Made by a program: the position numbers and the translations under genes. 64,000 nt of DNA from an uncultured Candidatus Binatia bacterium (GTDB lineage: Bacteria > Desulfobacterota > Binatia > Bin18 > CBDCRK01). Of the stretch, positions 36,961-46,394 are shown piece by piece. The notes beneath the pieces were generated by a model that saw only the letters and a list, made by a program, of their open reading frames with translations, did not search any database and was not told where the DNA came from. Every line of letters starts with the position of its first letter. The first letter of the stretch is position 1. The DNA lies in assembly GCA_965220955.1 (NCBI GenBank), contig CBDCRK010000032.1, positions 388,994 through 452,993 on the forward strand. The letters are read 5' to 3'.

Positions 36961-38112
36961 ATGACAAAAAATGCGCGTTTTCCTTACTCTGGAGCTATTG
37001 ACGCAGACGGTCACATCCTTGAGCCCCCTGATTTGTGGGAAAAATATATCGACCCCAAATATCGTGACCGGGCGATCCGCGTTCGTACCAACCAGGATGG
37101 ATGGGAAGTTCTTGAGATCGGAGGGGCTCCGGCCAAATACATCAAGCCTGGGCAGTTGGCCTTTTCCGGGGCTATGGGTAAGAGCGGCGAAGAGCTAAAG
37201 CCAGACCCGAGTAAGACTTATGTCAACCAGGCTCCGTTTGGGTCTATGGATCCTAAAGAGCGTGTGGCTCTCCTTGATCAAGAAGGCCTTGATAAGGCGA
37301 TTATCTATCCTAGCCTTGGCCTGGTATGGGAAACCGAAGATCTTGGGGATATTGAGCTGACGGCCGCTTACGCTCAGGCATACAACCGTTGGGTTGAGGA
37401 TTTTTGTTCTGATTCAGAGGGCCGATTGGTTCCGATTGCCCACATCTCTATGGGAGACCCACACGAAGCCGCTCAAGAGCTCGAACGGGCAGTGCGAAAT
37501 GGAGCAAAAGGCGCCTTTTTTGTGCCATTTACCGTTACCAACAAATCTCATGGTCACCCTTATTATGACCCTTTTTGGTCCAAGGTCCAGGAGCTGGACG
37601 TCCCGGTAGGCATCCACCCCAGCGGTGAACCCCCGGCTAAGCGCGTTCACCAGCGTTTCCGGGAAATGAAATGGGCACTCTGGCACCACAACGTGCATGG
37701 TGCTCAGGGACCGCTGCAAGCTTTTACCGCGCTCTTTCAGTACGGTCTTTTTGACCGTTTTCCCAAAATAAAGGTGGTTATGCTGGAGTCTGGGGCTGGT
37801 TGGGCTGGTTATCTCCTCAACCGTATGGATGCGGTTTATAAGAGCCCGCTGGGAGATACGGTTCCGCTCAAGGAGCTACCGAGTTATTATTTTCAGCGCC
37901 AGTGTTGGATCTCCGGGGACCCGGACGAAAAAGCCTTTGGCCATGTTGTTGATTTTGTTGGCGAGGATAAATTCTTCTGGGCTTCGGACTTTCCACACTT
38001 TGATCACACCGGAGACTATATGGAAGATCTCCGAGAACTGGTGGAGCCAATGCCAGAGTCAGCCCGCCAAAAGATTATCGGGAGAAACGCAGCCCAGGTC
38101 TATAATCTGTAA
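36961..38112 (+). CDS. amidohydrolase-2 family hydrolase
   Basis: IDADGHILEPPDLWEKY, WASDFPHFDH. Confidence 0.8.
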   Translation: MTKNARFPYSGAIDADGHILEPPDLWEKYIDPKYRDRAIRVRTNQDGWEVLEIGGAPAKYIKPGQLAFSGAMGKSGEELKPDPSKTYVNQAPFGSMDPKERVALLDQEGLDKAIIYPSLGLVWETEDLGDIELTAAYAQAYNRWVEDFCSDSEGRLVPIAHISMGDPHEAAQELERAVRNGAKGAFFVPFTVTNKSHGHPYYDPFWSKVQELDVPVGIHPSGEPPAKRVHQRFREMKWALWHHNVHGAQGPLQAFTALFQYGLFDRFPKIKVVMLESGAGWAGYLLNRMDAVYKSPLGDTVPLKELPSYYFQRQCWISGDPDEKAFGHVVDFVGEDKFFWASDFPHFDHTGDYMEDLRELVEPMPESARQKIIGRNAAQVYNL

Positions 38113-38168
38113 AAGCCAGAATTCCAGAAAATATGACTCGGGACAATATGCCTTGGTAAAAAGAGGTT

Positions 38169-38909
38169 GTGCTTACTTTGAGAAGGGGTTGTGACGTTAA
38201 AGAGGCCATATCTTTTGTTATCACAATTCCCTTGGTGCTGCTTGTCATACTGCCCGGTACGCCCTTGATCCGGGCGGCATTTCCCGATCAACATGCAGAG
38301 TTGTGGCCTTTACGATTCCCGGTTGTTCTTTCGCTATCGAATCCCTTCCAGTCCGAGACGGAGCTGGCCCAGGGGAAGTTTCTGATCGCTGGTCGAGACC
38401 TTAACGATCCCAACTTCTCGGAAACCGTCGTCCTGTTGGTTGATTACAACCAGCGCGGGGCACTGGGCTTGGTTATCAACCGACCCACTGAGGTAAAGCT
38501 CTCCACGGTGTTGCCGGAGATAGAAGGGGTACAGGAGCGGACAGATACTATCTACATGGGTGGACCGGTTGCCAGGGGTCAAATGCTGCTGCTCATACGA
38601 TCCGGCAGTCAACCCCAAGAGGCTCACCTGGTGTTTGCGGATACCTATGTCAGCTCAAGCCGGGCTGTACTCCAAAGGATGGTGGGCGGTGCAGAGGCGG
38701 GAGAAAAATTTCGTGTCTATGCTGGTTATGCAGGATGGGCGCCTGGACAGCTCGACCAAGAGGTAGCAAGAGGAGACTGGTACATCTTACAAGCTGATGC
38801 CGAGACGATTTTCGATAAGGCGGCTTCAGAGATCTGGCCGGAGCTTATTCGTCGGGGCTCAGTTCAGTGGACAAGGAGTTCTAGGACAGACTTATCTCCC
38901 ACACAATAA
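38169..38909 (+). CDS. YqgE/AlgH (UPF0301) family protein, possibly with an N-terminal membrane anchor
   Basis: LAQGKFLIAGRDLNDPNFSETVVLLVDYNQRGALGLVINRP. N-terminal hydrophobic stretch ISFVITIPLVLLVILPG. Start uncertain. Confidence 0.65.
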   Translation: MLTLRRGCDVKEAISFVITIPLVLLVILPGTPLIRAAFPDQHAELWPLRFPVVLSLSNPFQSETELAQGKFLIAGRDLNDPNFSETVVLLVDYNQRGALGLVINRPTEVKLSTVLPEIEGVQERTDTIYMGGPVARGQMLLLIRSGSQPQEAHLVFADTYVSSSRAVLQRMVGGAEAGEKFRVYAGYAGWAPGQLDQEVARGDWYILQADAETIFDKAASEIWPELIRRGSVQWTRSSRTDLSPTQ

Positions 38910-38947
38910 GTTTCCACTGCAGTCCTACCTCTCACCGGAACTTTCCT

Positions 38948-40093
38948 CTAATCAAGGGTAAAGTGGAATATCCTGACTGCGTTGTTGCAGGTAATCTTTT
39001 GCCTGTCCGCTTCAGGAACGCCGTCAAAGATCTGCTCCAGGAATTCTTTGGACTTTGGCCAAGTGGATTCCGAATGAGGAAAATCATTCCCCCACAGCAG
39101 GTTGTCAATGCCAATTCTGTGACGGAGCTGGACGCCCAGGTCGTCTTCCTGGAAAACGGCAAACATATTACGCTGCCAGTAGTTGCTGGGCAGGAGACCT
39201 TCCTTTGACTGGTATCCGCTGTATACCGGGCGCTCTTTATAGGTGTAATCCATCTGTTTAAGCCAGTGGGGGGCCCAGGAGATTTCGTGTTCCACCGATC
39301 CCACCTGCAGCCGTGGATATCGTTCCGTGACACCCGCAAAGATTATATCGGTCAGGGCATAGCGCACCCAGTAGTCTTGGGTTGGGCGGAGACCAGCAGG
39401 TGTAAAGGTTTTGAAGCTGATGGAGATCTCGCAGCCTGGAACGCCTGCCCGTTGGGTAGCCAGATGCAGGAGCAGCGGCATGGCCAGGTCCTGGGCGGTT
39501 GCCCAGAAAGGCTCATACATGGAGTGACGATAGGGTTGACCTGGTAAAGGCGTAACGGGGATAAAGGCTCCTGCCAGACCGAGCTTGGCACAGCGCTTGA
39601 GCTCGGCGCAGGCCTCGGAAACATTGTCCAGGTTGAGCATACCAATGCCTTTGAGCCGGCCGGGATAAGGTTGACAAAAGCCGGCAATCCAGTCGTTGTA
39701 TGCCCGACAAAGGGCTGAGAGAAGTTCGCTGTCGTCAATATGATACCAAAAGAGACCCTGGCTGGGCTGGATGATTGCTCCCCAAATCCCGTCAATCTCC
39801 AATTCCTTAAGCATGGCGTTGGGTTCATAGGCACCCTTGCGTACTTCCTCCCAGGTACTCACAAAATCTATCTTTGAGGTATCTTTAAATCTCTGTCCTG
39901 CCTGGGTTACTGCCCCGAGGGTTGCGACCTGGAGGTCGTCAATGAACCAGGCGTCAAAATCCACACCGCTAGGAGTTTTCTGCCTCTTCATTCGTGGCGC
40001 TCGATCCCTGAGTTTTGCCGTCATTCTGTTGGCATACAGGTCGGGTGGCTCAACAATATGGGTATCCCCGGAGATGATTTTGTCACTGGTCAT
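38948..40093 (-). CDS. amidohydrolase-2 family hydrolase
   Basis: ISGDTHIVEPPDLY, WGNDFPHSES. Confidence 0.8.
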   Translation of the reverse strand: MTSDKIISGDTHIVEPPDLYANRMTAKLRDRAPRMKRQKTPSGVDFDAWFIDDLQVATLGAVTQAGQRFKDTSKIDFVSTWEEVRKGAYEPNAMLKELEIDGIWGAIIQPSQGLFWYHIDDSELLSALCRAYNDWIAGFCQPYPGRLKGIGMLNLDNVSEACAELKRCAKLGLAGAFIPVTPLPGQPYRHSMYEPFWATAQDLAMPLLLHLATQRAGVPGCEISISFKTFTPAGLRPTQDYWVRYALTDIIFAGVTERYPRLQVGSVEHEISWAPHWLKQMDYTYKERPVYSGYQSKEGLLPSNYWQRNMFAVFQEDDLGVQLRHRIGIDNLLWGNDFPHSESTWPKSKEFLEQIFDGVPEADRQKITCNNAVRIFHFTLD

Positions 40094-40550
40094 GGCTAAG
40101 CCTCCTTAAAATGCTCCTCTGCCTTACAACGGTCTTGCTGATATCAGTCTGTTGCCATCGCCATAGCATAGAGAGTCCCGGGATACAAGGAAAAAGCTCT
40201 GGAGCGTGTTATTAATGCAGAGCAATGGAATTAACATTACGGTGCAGCTACAGCCTCTCGTAACCATAGCTCTGTGTTCGACCTCCCCTTGACTGGTGTC
40301 TGCTTGTGGCCAACAGTAGCCTAGAATCGTGAGAGAGCATTACATGGATAGCACCACGATCTCCTGTGGCAGGTGGGATATGAGGTACCTCCTGGGATAG
40401 AGTTGGTTGGGTTTGGCTCACCCTATCGTAGCGGATATCCTCTCCTTCTGCCAAGTCATAATGGCCAAAGTCCAGTAGAAGACACCTTTACGAATTGGAT
40501 AGTGCGGATAGTCTACATTTGGTGAGAATCTTAGAACACAGGAGGATACG

Positions 40551-42854
40551 ATGGATATAGTGGGTTACGCCGATCGTTACAGCGTACGTGCAGGGGATAC
40601 GATTCGGTTCATGGTGAGTTGCACGCTCCCCAGCTACAGCGCCGATGTGGTGCGGTTGATTCATGGTGACCTCAACCCCGAAGGGCCGGGGTTCAAGGAG
40701 AAGCTAGTCCAGCATGTTGGGACGTTTCCAGGACAGCTTCAGAAACTGGTGATAGGTTCCTACGTTGTTGTACCTGACCACCCGCTCTTGCGACTGAAGG
40801 AGAGCTTCACTTTGTTGGCCTGGATCTCTTCTACTATCCCTGCCAAGAGCTCGCAAGGCCTCCTCACCAAGTGGTCAGATGCCAGCGGCACGGGCTATGG
40901 GCTGTTCCTGGACGGTGACAATGGCCTATCCTTATGGATCGGAGGCAACGATGGGCGAGTGGAGCGCATTTCCACCGGCGTGCCGGTGCGCGCGCCAGCC
41001 TTGCACGCTCCCTCCTGGTACTTTGTGGCTGCGTCCTATGACTCTTCCGCTGGAAGGGTTTTACTGTACCAACAACCCAAGACCATGTGGCCCATGGATG
41101 CGACTGCTGCGGTGGTCGAACAAGACATCGGGCAGGTGGAAATCGCTGACAATAGCATGCCACTGATCATGGCTGGCTACAGCGAGGGAAAGGAATCCGT
41201 CGGACCGAGCATAGCTGGCCTGTACAACGGCAGAATCGACCGACCGGCGGTCTTCGGGCGTGGCCTGAGCTTACCAGAACTTGAATCGCTCCGGGACGGC
41301 ACTTCGCCCTCAGAGCTCGAGGACAGCCTCATTGGGGCCTGGGACTTCGGTAGGGACTTCTCCTCAGACAGGGTCACCGATAGCTCTAACAACAGCCTGC
41401 ACGGCCACACCGTTAACAGGCCCACCAGGGCGATAAAGGGCCACAACTGGTCGGCCAACTATCACAATTACAACCTGGCTCCCCAGGAGTACGGGGCTAT
41501 TCATTTCCACGACGATGACCTAGATGATGCTCGTTGGGATGTCAGCTTTGAGTTCCAGGTACCGACGGACCTAAAGAGCGGGGTTTACGCTGCCCGTCTT
41601 ACAGGGGAGGACTCTGAGGATTATGTCCCGTTCTTTGTCCGTCCGGCACAGGGTGCCTCTTTAGCCAAGATCCTGTTTCTGGTGCCCACTAATAGCTACC
41701 TCACCTACGCCAATAACCATTCCTACCCCCGAAGCGAGTATTCCGGACGGATGGCGTGGGTACCCACCACCCCGCAAGACAAGTTCATAGCAGAAAACCA
41801 CCTGAATAGCACCTATGACGTTCATACCGATGGTTCCCCAGTGTTCTACCCCTCCCGCCTACGTCCCAACCTGACCATGCGTCCCAAATACAACTTTTGG
41901 TATCCCAGGATGGGCAGAGGGGGGCCATGGCAGTTTAACGGGGACTTGCATCTGGTGGACTGGTTAGATGAGCAAGGATACGACTACGACGTTGCCACCG
42001 ACGAAGACGTCCAACAAGAAGGTACGGAGGTCTTTAGGCCCTACCGTGTGGTAGTGACGGGAAGCCATCCCGAATACTGGTCGCAACAGGGGCTCGATGC
42101 GATGGAGACGTATCTAGCCGGTGGCGGGAGGCTGATGTACCTGGGCGGTAACGGCTTTTTCTCCGTAGTCTCGTTTCCTCCGGACAGCACGCATTGTATT
42201 GAGATGCGTCGGGCGGTAGCATGGGCATGGAGTGAAGCGGGAGAACTTTACCACAGCACCACAGGCGAGCCAGGGGGGAATTGGAATCCCAGGGGTAGGC
42301 CGTCAGGACGCCTGATAGGAGTAGGCTCGTCGACCGGTGAGGGATTCGATTACAGCATGCCGTATCACCGATTGGAGGGCAGCTACGACCCCCGGGCCGC
42401 CTTTATCTTTGCAGGCATTGGAAAGGACGAGGTCATCGGAAACTTTGGTCTAAAGCAAGGCGGCGCCGGAGGCGTTGAGATCGACCGGGCGGGCTATAGC
42501 ATGGGTACCCCTCCCCACGCCCTGATTCTGGCAAGGGCTAGCGGTTTTTCGGACCAATACCAGCTTACCTTTGAAGCCGAGTCGGTTGCTTTCCGTGAAG
42601 ACTGGTTTCGGGCAAGGGAGCGGGGAGGGAGTCAAAACCCCTTGGTTAGATCAGACCTTGTATACTTCGAAGGACCAGGCGGTGGAGGTGTATTCTCGGT
42701 GGGTTCCATCGCCTGGTGTGGCAGCCTTTCCCACAACAATTACAACAATAACGTGTCCCGCATAACGAAGAACGTTCTTGACCGGTTTAGCTCCGATGTT
42801 CCGATTCCACAAGGAACACCGCCAAGCCCCCACTCAGGCGGCGATATGCCGTAA
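40551..42854 (+). CDS. N,N-dimethylformamidase large-subunit (DmfA2)-like protein, paralog 2
   Basis: MDIVGYADRYSVRAGDTIRF, VRLIHGD, QEYGAIHFHDDDLDDARWDVSFEFQVPTDLKSGVYA, YLGGNGFF, WCGSLSHNNYNNNVS. AGGAGGATACGATG start. Confidence 0.8.
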   Translation: MDIVGYADRYSVRAGDTIRFMVSCTLPSYSADVVRLIHGDLNPEGPGFKEKLVQHVGTFPGQLQKLVIGSYVVVPDHPLLRLKESFTLLAWISSTIPAKSSQGLLTKWSDASGTGYGLFLDGDNGLSLWIGGNDGRVERISTGVPVRAPALHAPSWYFVAASYDSSAGRVLLYQQPKTMWPMDATAAVVEQDIGQVEIADNSMPLIMAGYSEGKESVGPSIAGLYNGRIDRPAVFGRGLSLPELESLRDGTSPSELEDSLIGAWDFGRDFSSDRVTDSSNNSLHGHTVNRPTRAIKGHNWSANYHNYNLAPQEYGAIHFHDDDLDDARWDVSFEFQVPTDLKSGVYAARLTGEDSEDYVPFFVRPAQGASLAKILFLVPTNSYLTYANNHSYPRSEYSGRMAWVPTTPQDKFIAENHLNSTYDVHTDGSPVFYPSRLRPNLTMRPKYNFWYPRMGRGGPWQFNGDLHLVDWLDEQGYDYDVATDEDVQQEGTEVFRPYRVVVTGSHPEYWSQQGLDAMETYLAGGGRLMYLGGNGFFSVVSFPPDSTHCIEMRRAVAWAWSEAGELYHSTTGEPGGNWNPRGRPSGRLIGVGSSTGEGFDYSMPYHRLEGSYDPRAAFIFAGIGKDEVIGNFGLKQGGAGGVEIDRAGYSMGTPPHALILARASGFSDQYQLTFEAESVAFREDWFRARERGGSQNPLVRSDLVYFEGPGGGGVFSVGSIAWCGSLSHNNYNNNVSRITKNVLDRFSSDVPIPQGTPPSPHSGGDMP

Positions 42855-43005
42855 GGGGTATGGATACTATTCTGCCCCCTGTGCCCTTTTGGGAAAATTG
42901 AAGCTAGACAAGTAGGGTCCAAACATCTCACGTTAGATAGGAACCCTGTACCTAACTTATGCCGAGGGAGTAGCTTACTGAATCCTAAACCAAGGAGCTA
43001 TTATT

Positions 43006-43227
43006 GTGGACCGTTATATCTTCTTTGATCCCTCTCGGATTCCGCAGGGCCTCCACGTCCTAGGCATTCCCACTAGGAGTGGCCTAGCATGGGTGGAGAT
43101 CACGGAGGCTGAGTATCAAACGGCAACACGAAACGGAGAGGCAGCCCATCGCCTGGTATCCTATGTGAGAGAGATCCTGGCTGGCCGGCTGGCAGAGTTC
43201 GAGGAAAGAGACAATAAGGCGGAATGA
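43006..43227 (+). CDS. hypothetical small protein (73 aa; GTG start)
   Basis: AAGGAG RBS 8 nt before the GTG. Confidence 0.35.
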   Translation: MDRYIFFDPSRIPQGLHVLGIPTRSGLAWVEITEAEYQTATRNGEAAHRLVSYVREILAGRLAEFEERDNKAE

Positions 43228-43386
43228 TATAGGCAGGCTAGGGGAGAGCTCCTAATAGCCTATTCCCCAATACGTGGGCAGTTACCAGGGAAGTAGGTAA
43301 GAGATTGGGGATTAAAGAACTGAATGCCGCAGTCTTTACAAAAGATAACCATTTACCCTACGACTTAAAAAGAAGAGGGGAACCAC

Positions 43387-44388
43387 ATGGCCAAAGGCAT
43401 CTTAGAGAGATTAGCGGACGAAATCGTGTTGGGTGACGGTGGTTATATCGTTGAGTTGGAGAGACGCGGCTATGTCATCGCCGGCGCCTTCACGCCTGAA
43501 CTCTCACTCACGCACCCCGATGCCATCCGCCAGATGCACCGCGAGTTTTTGCATGCTGGCGCAGAGGTGCTACAAGTCATGGCGTTCTATGGCAGCCGCG
43601 AGAAGTTGGCGACGGTGGGGCAAGCCGAGCACACGTTTGCAATCAATCAAGCGGCGGTGCGTATTGCTAAGGAAGTCGCGGGCGATAATGCCCTCGTTGC
43701 GGGCGACTTGAGTGCGACATGGAAATGGCAGCCCAACAGTTTCTCTGCCCAGGCCTTGGTGGCAGGAATGTTCGATGAGCAAATCGAAGCGCAGGCGGGG
43801 GTAGATTTTTTTATCGGCGAGACGTTCTGGCACTTGGGTGAGGCGTTGCTGTGTCTTGAACGCATCAAGGCCAAGACGAATCTGCCCGCACTGATCACCT
43901 TGGCGTTTCGTGGTAGCAACCAAACCGATGACGGTGTGACAGCGGGTGAGTGCGCAAAGCGTTTGCAGAACACGGGTGCGGATATTGTGGGCGTCAACTG
44001 CATGAGGGATCCAGAGCGGATGTATCCCCTGATTAAAGAAATGCGCTGCGCTACCGAGGGCTACCTTGCTGCGCAGCCGGTGGCGTTCCGCTGCTCCGAT
44101 GAAGTCCCGTGGTTTACCGGCACGTCTAGGTTTCCCGATAGACTCGAACCGACCCAACTCACTCGCTACGACATGGCAGACTTTGCGCGCAAAGCAAAAG
44201 ATATGGGCGTGAACTATATTGGGAGTTGCTGCGGCAGTGTGGCCTGTCACGTCCGCGAGATGGCGCGGGTGTTGGACAAGTATCACGAGCAAGAAATCTG
44301 GCGGGCGAATCCCGATGCGCCCATGAGCGAGACAGAGTTTAATTGGAAACGGCATTCCAGCTTGCTGGCGCGGGACTCGACGTGGTAG
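43387..44388 (+). CDS. homocysteine S-methyltransferase family protein
   Basis: ILERLADEIVLGDGGY. VGVNC. GSCCG zinc-ligand motif. GC-rich compared with its flanks. Confidence 0.75.
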   Translation: MAKGILERLADEIVLGDGGYIVELERRGYVIAGAFTPELSLTHPDAIRQMHREFLHAGAEVLQVMAFYGSREKLATVGQAEHTFAINQAAVRIAKEVAGDNALVAGDLSATWKWQPNSFSAQALVAGMFDEQIEAQAGVDFFIGETFWHLGEALLCLERIKAKTNLPALITLAFRGSNQTDDGVTAGECAKRLQNTGADIVGVNCMRDPERMYPLIKEMRCATEGYLAAQPVAFRCSDEVPWFTGTSRFPDRLEPTQLTRYDMADFARKAKDMGVNYIGSCCGSVACHVREMARVLDKYHEQEIWRANPDAPMSETEFNWKRHSSLLARDSTW

Positions 44389-44573
44389 ACCCGGAGCCGC
44401 TGCCGCCCGACAGCCCGCTCTGGGGGATGCCGAGCGTTCTGCTCACACCCCATGTGGCGATCTACGGCGCGCCGTATCGCCAGAAGTGGGAGGAGATCCT
44501 GCTCGAGAACTGTCGGCGCTTCGCCAAAAATGAGCCGTTGCTCAACGTAGTCAACAAGGAGAAGTGGTACTGA
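44343..44573 (+). pseudogene. C-terminal relic of a D-isomer-specific 2-hydroxyacid dehydrogenase
   Basis: GAGLDVVDPEPLPPDSPLWGMPSVLLTPHVA...NCRRFAKNEPLLNVV. The N-terminal 250 or so aa are absent. It overlaps the 3' end of the methyltransferase gene in another frame. Confidence 0.55.
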
Positions 44574-44599
44574 CGTAGAAACGGCCGCCAGGCGGCGTT

Positions 44600-44767
44600 G
44601 TACAGCGGAGGATGGGGACGTTGCACAGGCTTGGACTCGCACCCTTCTTGGTGAATGGTAAAGTAGCGACCCGTATAATCAAACCAGTCCTCGGTCCAAA
44701 ACTTCTTGAGCACCTCAATGAACTCGGCTGAGAGCCGGTAGCGCTCAGGCATATAGGAGAGCATCAA
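44600..44767 (-). pseudogene. internal fragment of an LLM-class oxidoreductase
   Basis: RYRLSAEFIEVLKKFWTEDWFDYTGRYFTI...KPVQRPHPPL matches the mid-region LLM pattern (...KPVQKPHPPI). Confidence 0.45.
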
Positions 44768-44921
44768 AAAGTGGGGGGCGCAAATTTATCTTGGGTTCGT
44801 AGTTGCATGAATTTTTAGGAGGGCGAGAAGAATCTTTTCGGCATTCAGCTGTTGACAATCTTTGCTCTTGTACGACATAATCCCCACAAAGTGAAAACTT
44901 ATCAAAAAAGGAGGGTATGCT

Positions 44922-45419
44922 ATGTTAGGAGCTGTAGCCCATGTTGGCATTACCGTGAGGGACATGGAAAAATCCGTCAGGTTCTACCGTGACCTTCTGG
45001 GCTTGAAGGTAATCGGGGATATAACCGTAGAGGGAGAGAACATAAGTACGGTCACTCAGGTAGAAGGGGCCAAACTGCGAGCCGTGTACCTGGGCAGCGT
45101 GGAGGACCTTAAGGCACCGCCCATTGAGCTGTTACACTTTATCGAGCCGGCGAGTGAAGGGACTCCCTACACTGGGCTGGCCAACCCCGGGATCACCGAG
45201 GTGGCCTTTTGGGTCAAGGACATTGAAGAGACATACACAAGGCTGCGGGACCAGGGAGTGGACTTCTACTCTCCACCTCAGCTCTTCGACCTTGAGGGAT
45301 ACGGGAAGGTCAAAGCGCTCTATTTCCGCGACCCTGATGGAACTACCCTGGAGTTGATGCAAAGCATGACGGAGCTAGAGAGTGAAGTCCTGTTCTCCGC
45401 CCCAGTTTCTCGACCTTGA
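44922..45419 (+). CDS. VOC (glyoxalase/bleomycin-resistance/dioxygenase) family protein
   Basis: HVGITVRDMEKSVRFYRDLLGLKV. AAGGAGGG RBS. Confidence 0.75.
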   Translation: MLGAVAHVGITVRDMEKSVRFYRDLLGLKVIGDITVEGENISTVTQVEGAKLRAVYLGSVEDLKAPPIELLHFIEPASEGTPYTGLANPGITEVAFWVKDIEETYTRLRDQGVDFYSPPQLFDLEGYGKVKALYFRDPDGTTLELMQSMTELESEVLFSAPVSRP

Positions 45420-45442
45420 GGGATATTGAACCCTCACCCCAG

Positions 45443-45470
45443 CCCTCTCCCACAAAACCGTGGGAGAGGG
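45443..45470. repeat. palindrome CCCTCTCCCA-CAAAACCG-TGGGAGAGGG between convergent genes
   Basis: Direct reading. 10-bp perfect stem. Confidence 0.5.
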
Positions 45471-45506
45471 AGTCTGAGCAACCAGGATCATGAGCTCCTC
45501 GCTTGC

Positions 45507-46394
45507 TCACACCTTTGTCATCACCTCCTCGGCAAACCGCTCCATTTGCGGGTAAAGCTCGCTGTCGAAACGCGACCGCGGCATAAAACCTGGAGAGAAG
45601 ACCATGAGCCTGTGTACCCCGGCCTCGGCAAACCGCTTGACCGTATCCAAAGTAAGTGGGAGGCTAGGCTCCATCCCTGCAGTAATTTCAAGTTGGGAGA
45701 AGTTACGGCCTGCTTTATCTGCAAGCTCCTTTAATTGAGTCAGATAAGGCTTAACACTGTCCGGGGTATACCTAATGCCACACCAACCATCTGCTAGCTC
45801 CGCGGTCCGTTTGAGGGCTGCTCGGCTCTCACCTCCAAAAATAATAGGAGGATGAGGTTTCTGTATCGGCTTGGGGTTGAACCCTACAGGTGAAAAATTA
45901 TGAAAGCGGCCGGCAAACTGGGGTGTCTCGTCGGTCCAAAGTGCTTTCATGGCCGCAATAGCCTCGCGCGTACGAGTTGCCCGGTCCTTAAAGGACATGC
46001 CAACTGCCTCAAACTCTTCTTCACACCAGCCAATCCCAACCCCAAAAAGCAGGCGGCCCTGAGAGAGCACATCTAAGCTGGCCACAGCTTTGGCCACCGC
46101 CAGGGTATTACGCAGAGGTAGGACAAACACCCCGGTCCCCAGTTTAATTGTCTTTGTGTGGGCGGCAACAAACGCCAGGGCAACAAAAGGATCATGGAGC
46201 GCAACTCCAGGGCCACCAGGAAATTTCCCGTCGGCAGAACCGGGGTAACGGGCTCTCATGTTAACGGGTACAGCCAAGTGCTCGGGAATCCAGACAGACT
46301 CGTATCCCAGGGCCTCGGCTTTTTGGGCCACTTGTGCCAATAGATCCGGACGATAGGTTGAGCCACTACCAACGCCACCAAGCGCAAATTTCAT
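45507..46394 (-). CDS. LLM-class F420-dependent oxidoreductase
   Basis: MKFALGGVGSGSTYRPDLLAQVAQKAEALGYESVWIPEHL. Confidence 0.8.
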   Translation of the reverse strand: MKFALGGVGSGSTYRPDLLAQVAQKAEALGYESVWIPEHLAVPVNMRARYPGSADGKFPGGPGVALHDPFVALAFVAAHTKTIKLGTGVFVLPLRNTLAVAKAVASLDVLSQGRLLFGVGIGWCEEEFEAVGMSFKDRATRTREAIAAMKALWTDETPQFAGRFHNFSPVGFNPKPIQKPHPPIIFGGESRAALKRTAELADGWCGIRYTPDSVKPYLTQLKELADKAGRNFSQLEITAGMEPSLPLTLDTVKRFAEAGVHRLMVFSPGFMPRSRFDSELYPQMERFAEEVMTKV

